Source of the DNA: an uncultured Pelagibacteraceae bacterium
GTDB lineage: Bacteria; Pseudomonadota; Alphaproteobacteria; Pelagibacterales; Pelagibacteraceae
Assembly: GCA_902521005.1 (NCBI GenBank)
Contig: CABYPZ010000002.1
Coordinates: 33,131-97,130, forward strand
Direction: 5' to 3'
Length of the DNA: 64,000 nucleotides
Part shown: positions 63,885-64,000 of the stretch, piece by piece
Position numbering within the stretch: the first letter of the stretch is position 1
Layout: each line of letters begins with the position of its first letter
Program-made: the position numbers and the translations under genes
Notes under the pieces: generated by a model
Database searches by the model: none
What the model saw: the letters and a program-made list of their open reading frames with translations, nothing else
What the model was told of the DNA's origin: nothing

Positions 63885-64000
63885 TTATAAAGGCTGAATA
63901 ACCATAATCATTTGTTTTCCATCAAATTTTGGCTGTAGTTCGACTTTCCCAATCTCCTTCATATCTTGCTTGATTTTATCCATGAGTTCATTTCCTAAAT
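63885..64000 (-). CDS. infC: Translation initiation factor IF-3, C-terminal end (5' part outside the window)
   Basis: Manual translation ...LGNELMDKIKQDIEGLGKVELQPKFDGKQMIMVIQPL*; infC-rpmI-rplT order. Confidence 0.9.
   Translation of the reverse strand, partial: LGNELMDKIKQDMKEIGKVELQPKFDGKQMIMVIQPL

Overview
This is a very AT-rich (roughly 27-30% GC by inspection), extremely compact bacterial chromosome segment with tiny or overlapping intergenic spacers. Gene content and order point to a streamlined marine alphaproteobacterium, most likely SAR11/Pelagibacterales (an inference). It is mostly core genes: pheA, kdsB, argFD, gcrA, kdsD-lptC-lptB-aroA-cmk-rpsA-ihfB-pyrF-trpFBA-accD-folC, trxA, hisS-hisZ-hisG, csp, infA, hisD, murA, dcd, rpmH-rnpA-yidD-yidC-argB-dapDE, def-fmt-truA, aroKB, cobST, regB, gyrB, lepA, pheST, rplT-rpmI-infC, plus 4 tRNAs (His, Phe, Thr, Ser). 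A 5-kb glycosylation cassette lies between tRNA-Ser and lepA. No CRISPR, IS, integrase or prophage was seen. The best lead is an unannotated 24-aa His-rich leader ORF (HRHHFH) with an internal GC hairpin. It sits upstream of a tRNA-His whose CCA end lies 4 nt from the hisS start, suggesting a minimal histidine-sensing attenuator controlling tRNA-His-hisS-hisZ-sulfotransferase-hisG. Other leads are a structured RNA in front of sbcB, tandem NrdR-like boxes in front of gcrA, an adjacent HDAC/SET-domain pair, a three-domain branched-sugar enzyme, and a TrpB with altered catalytic residues.
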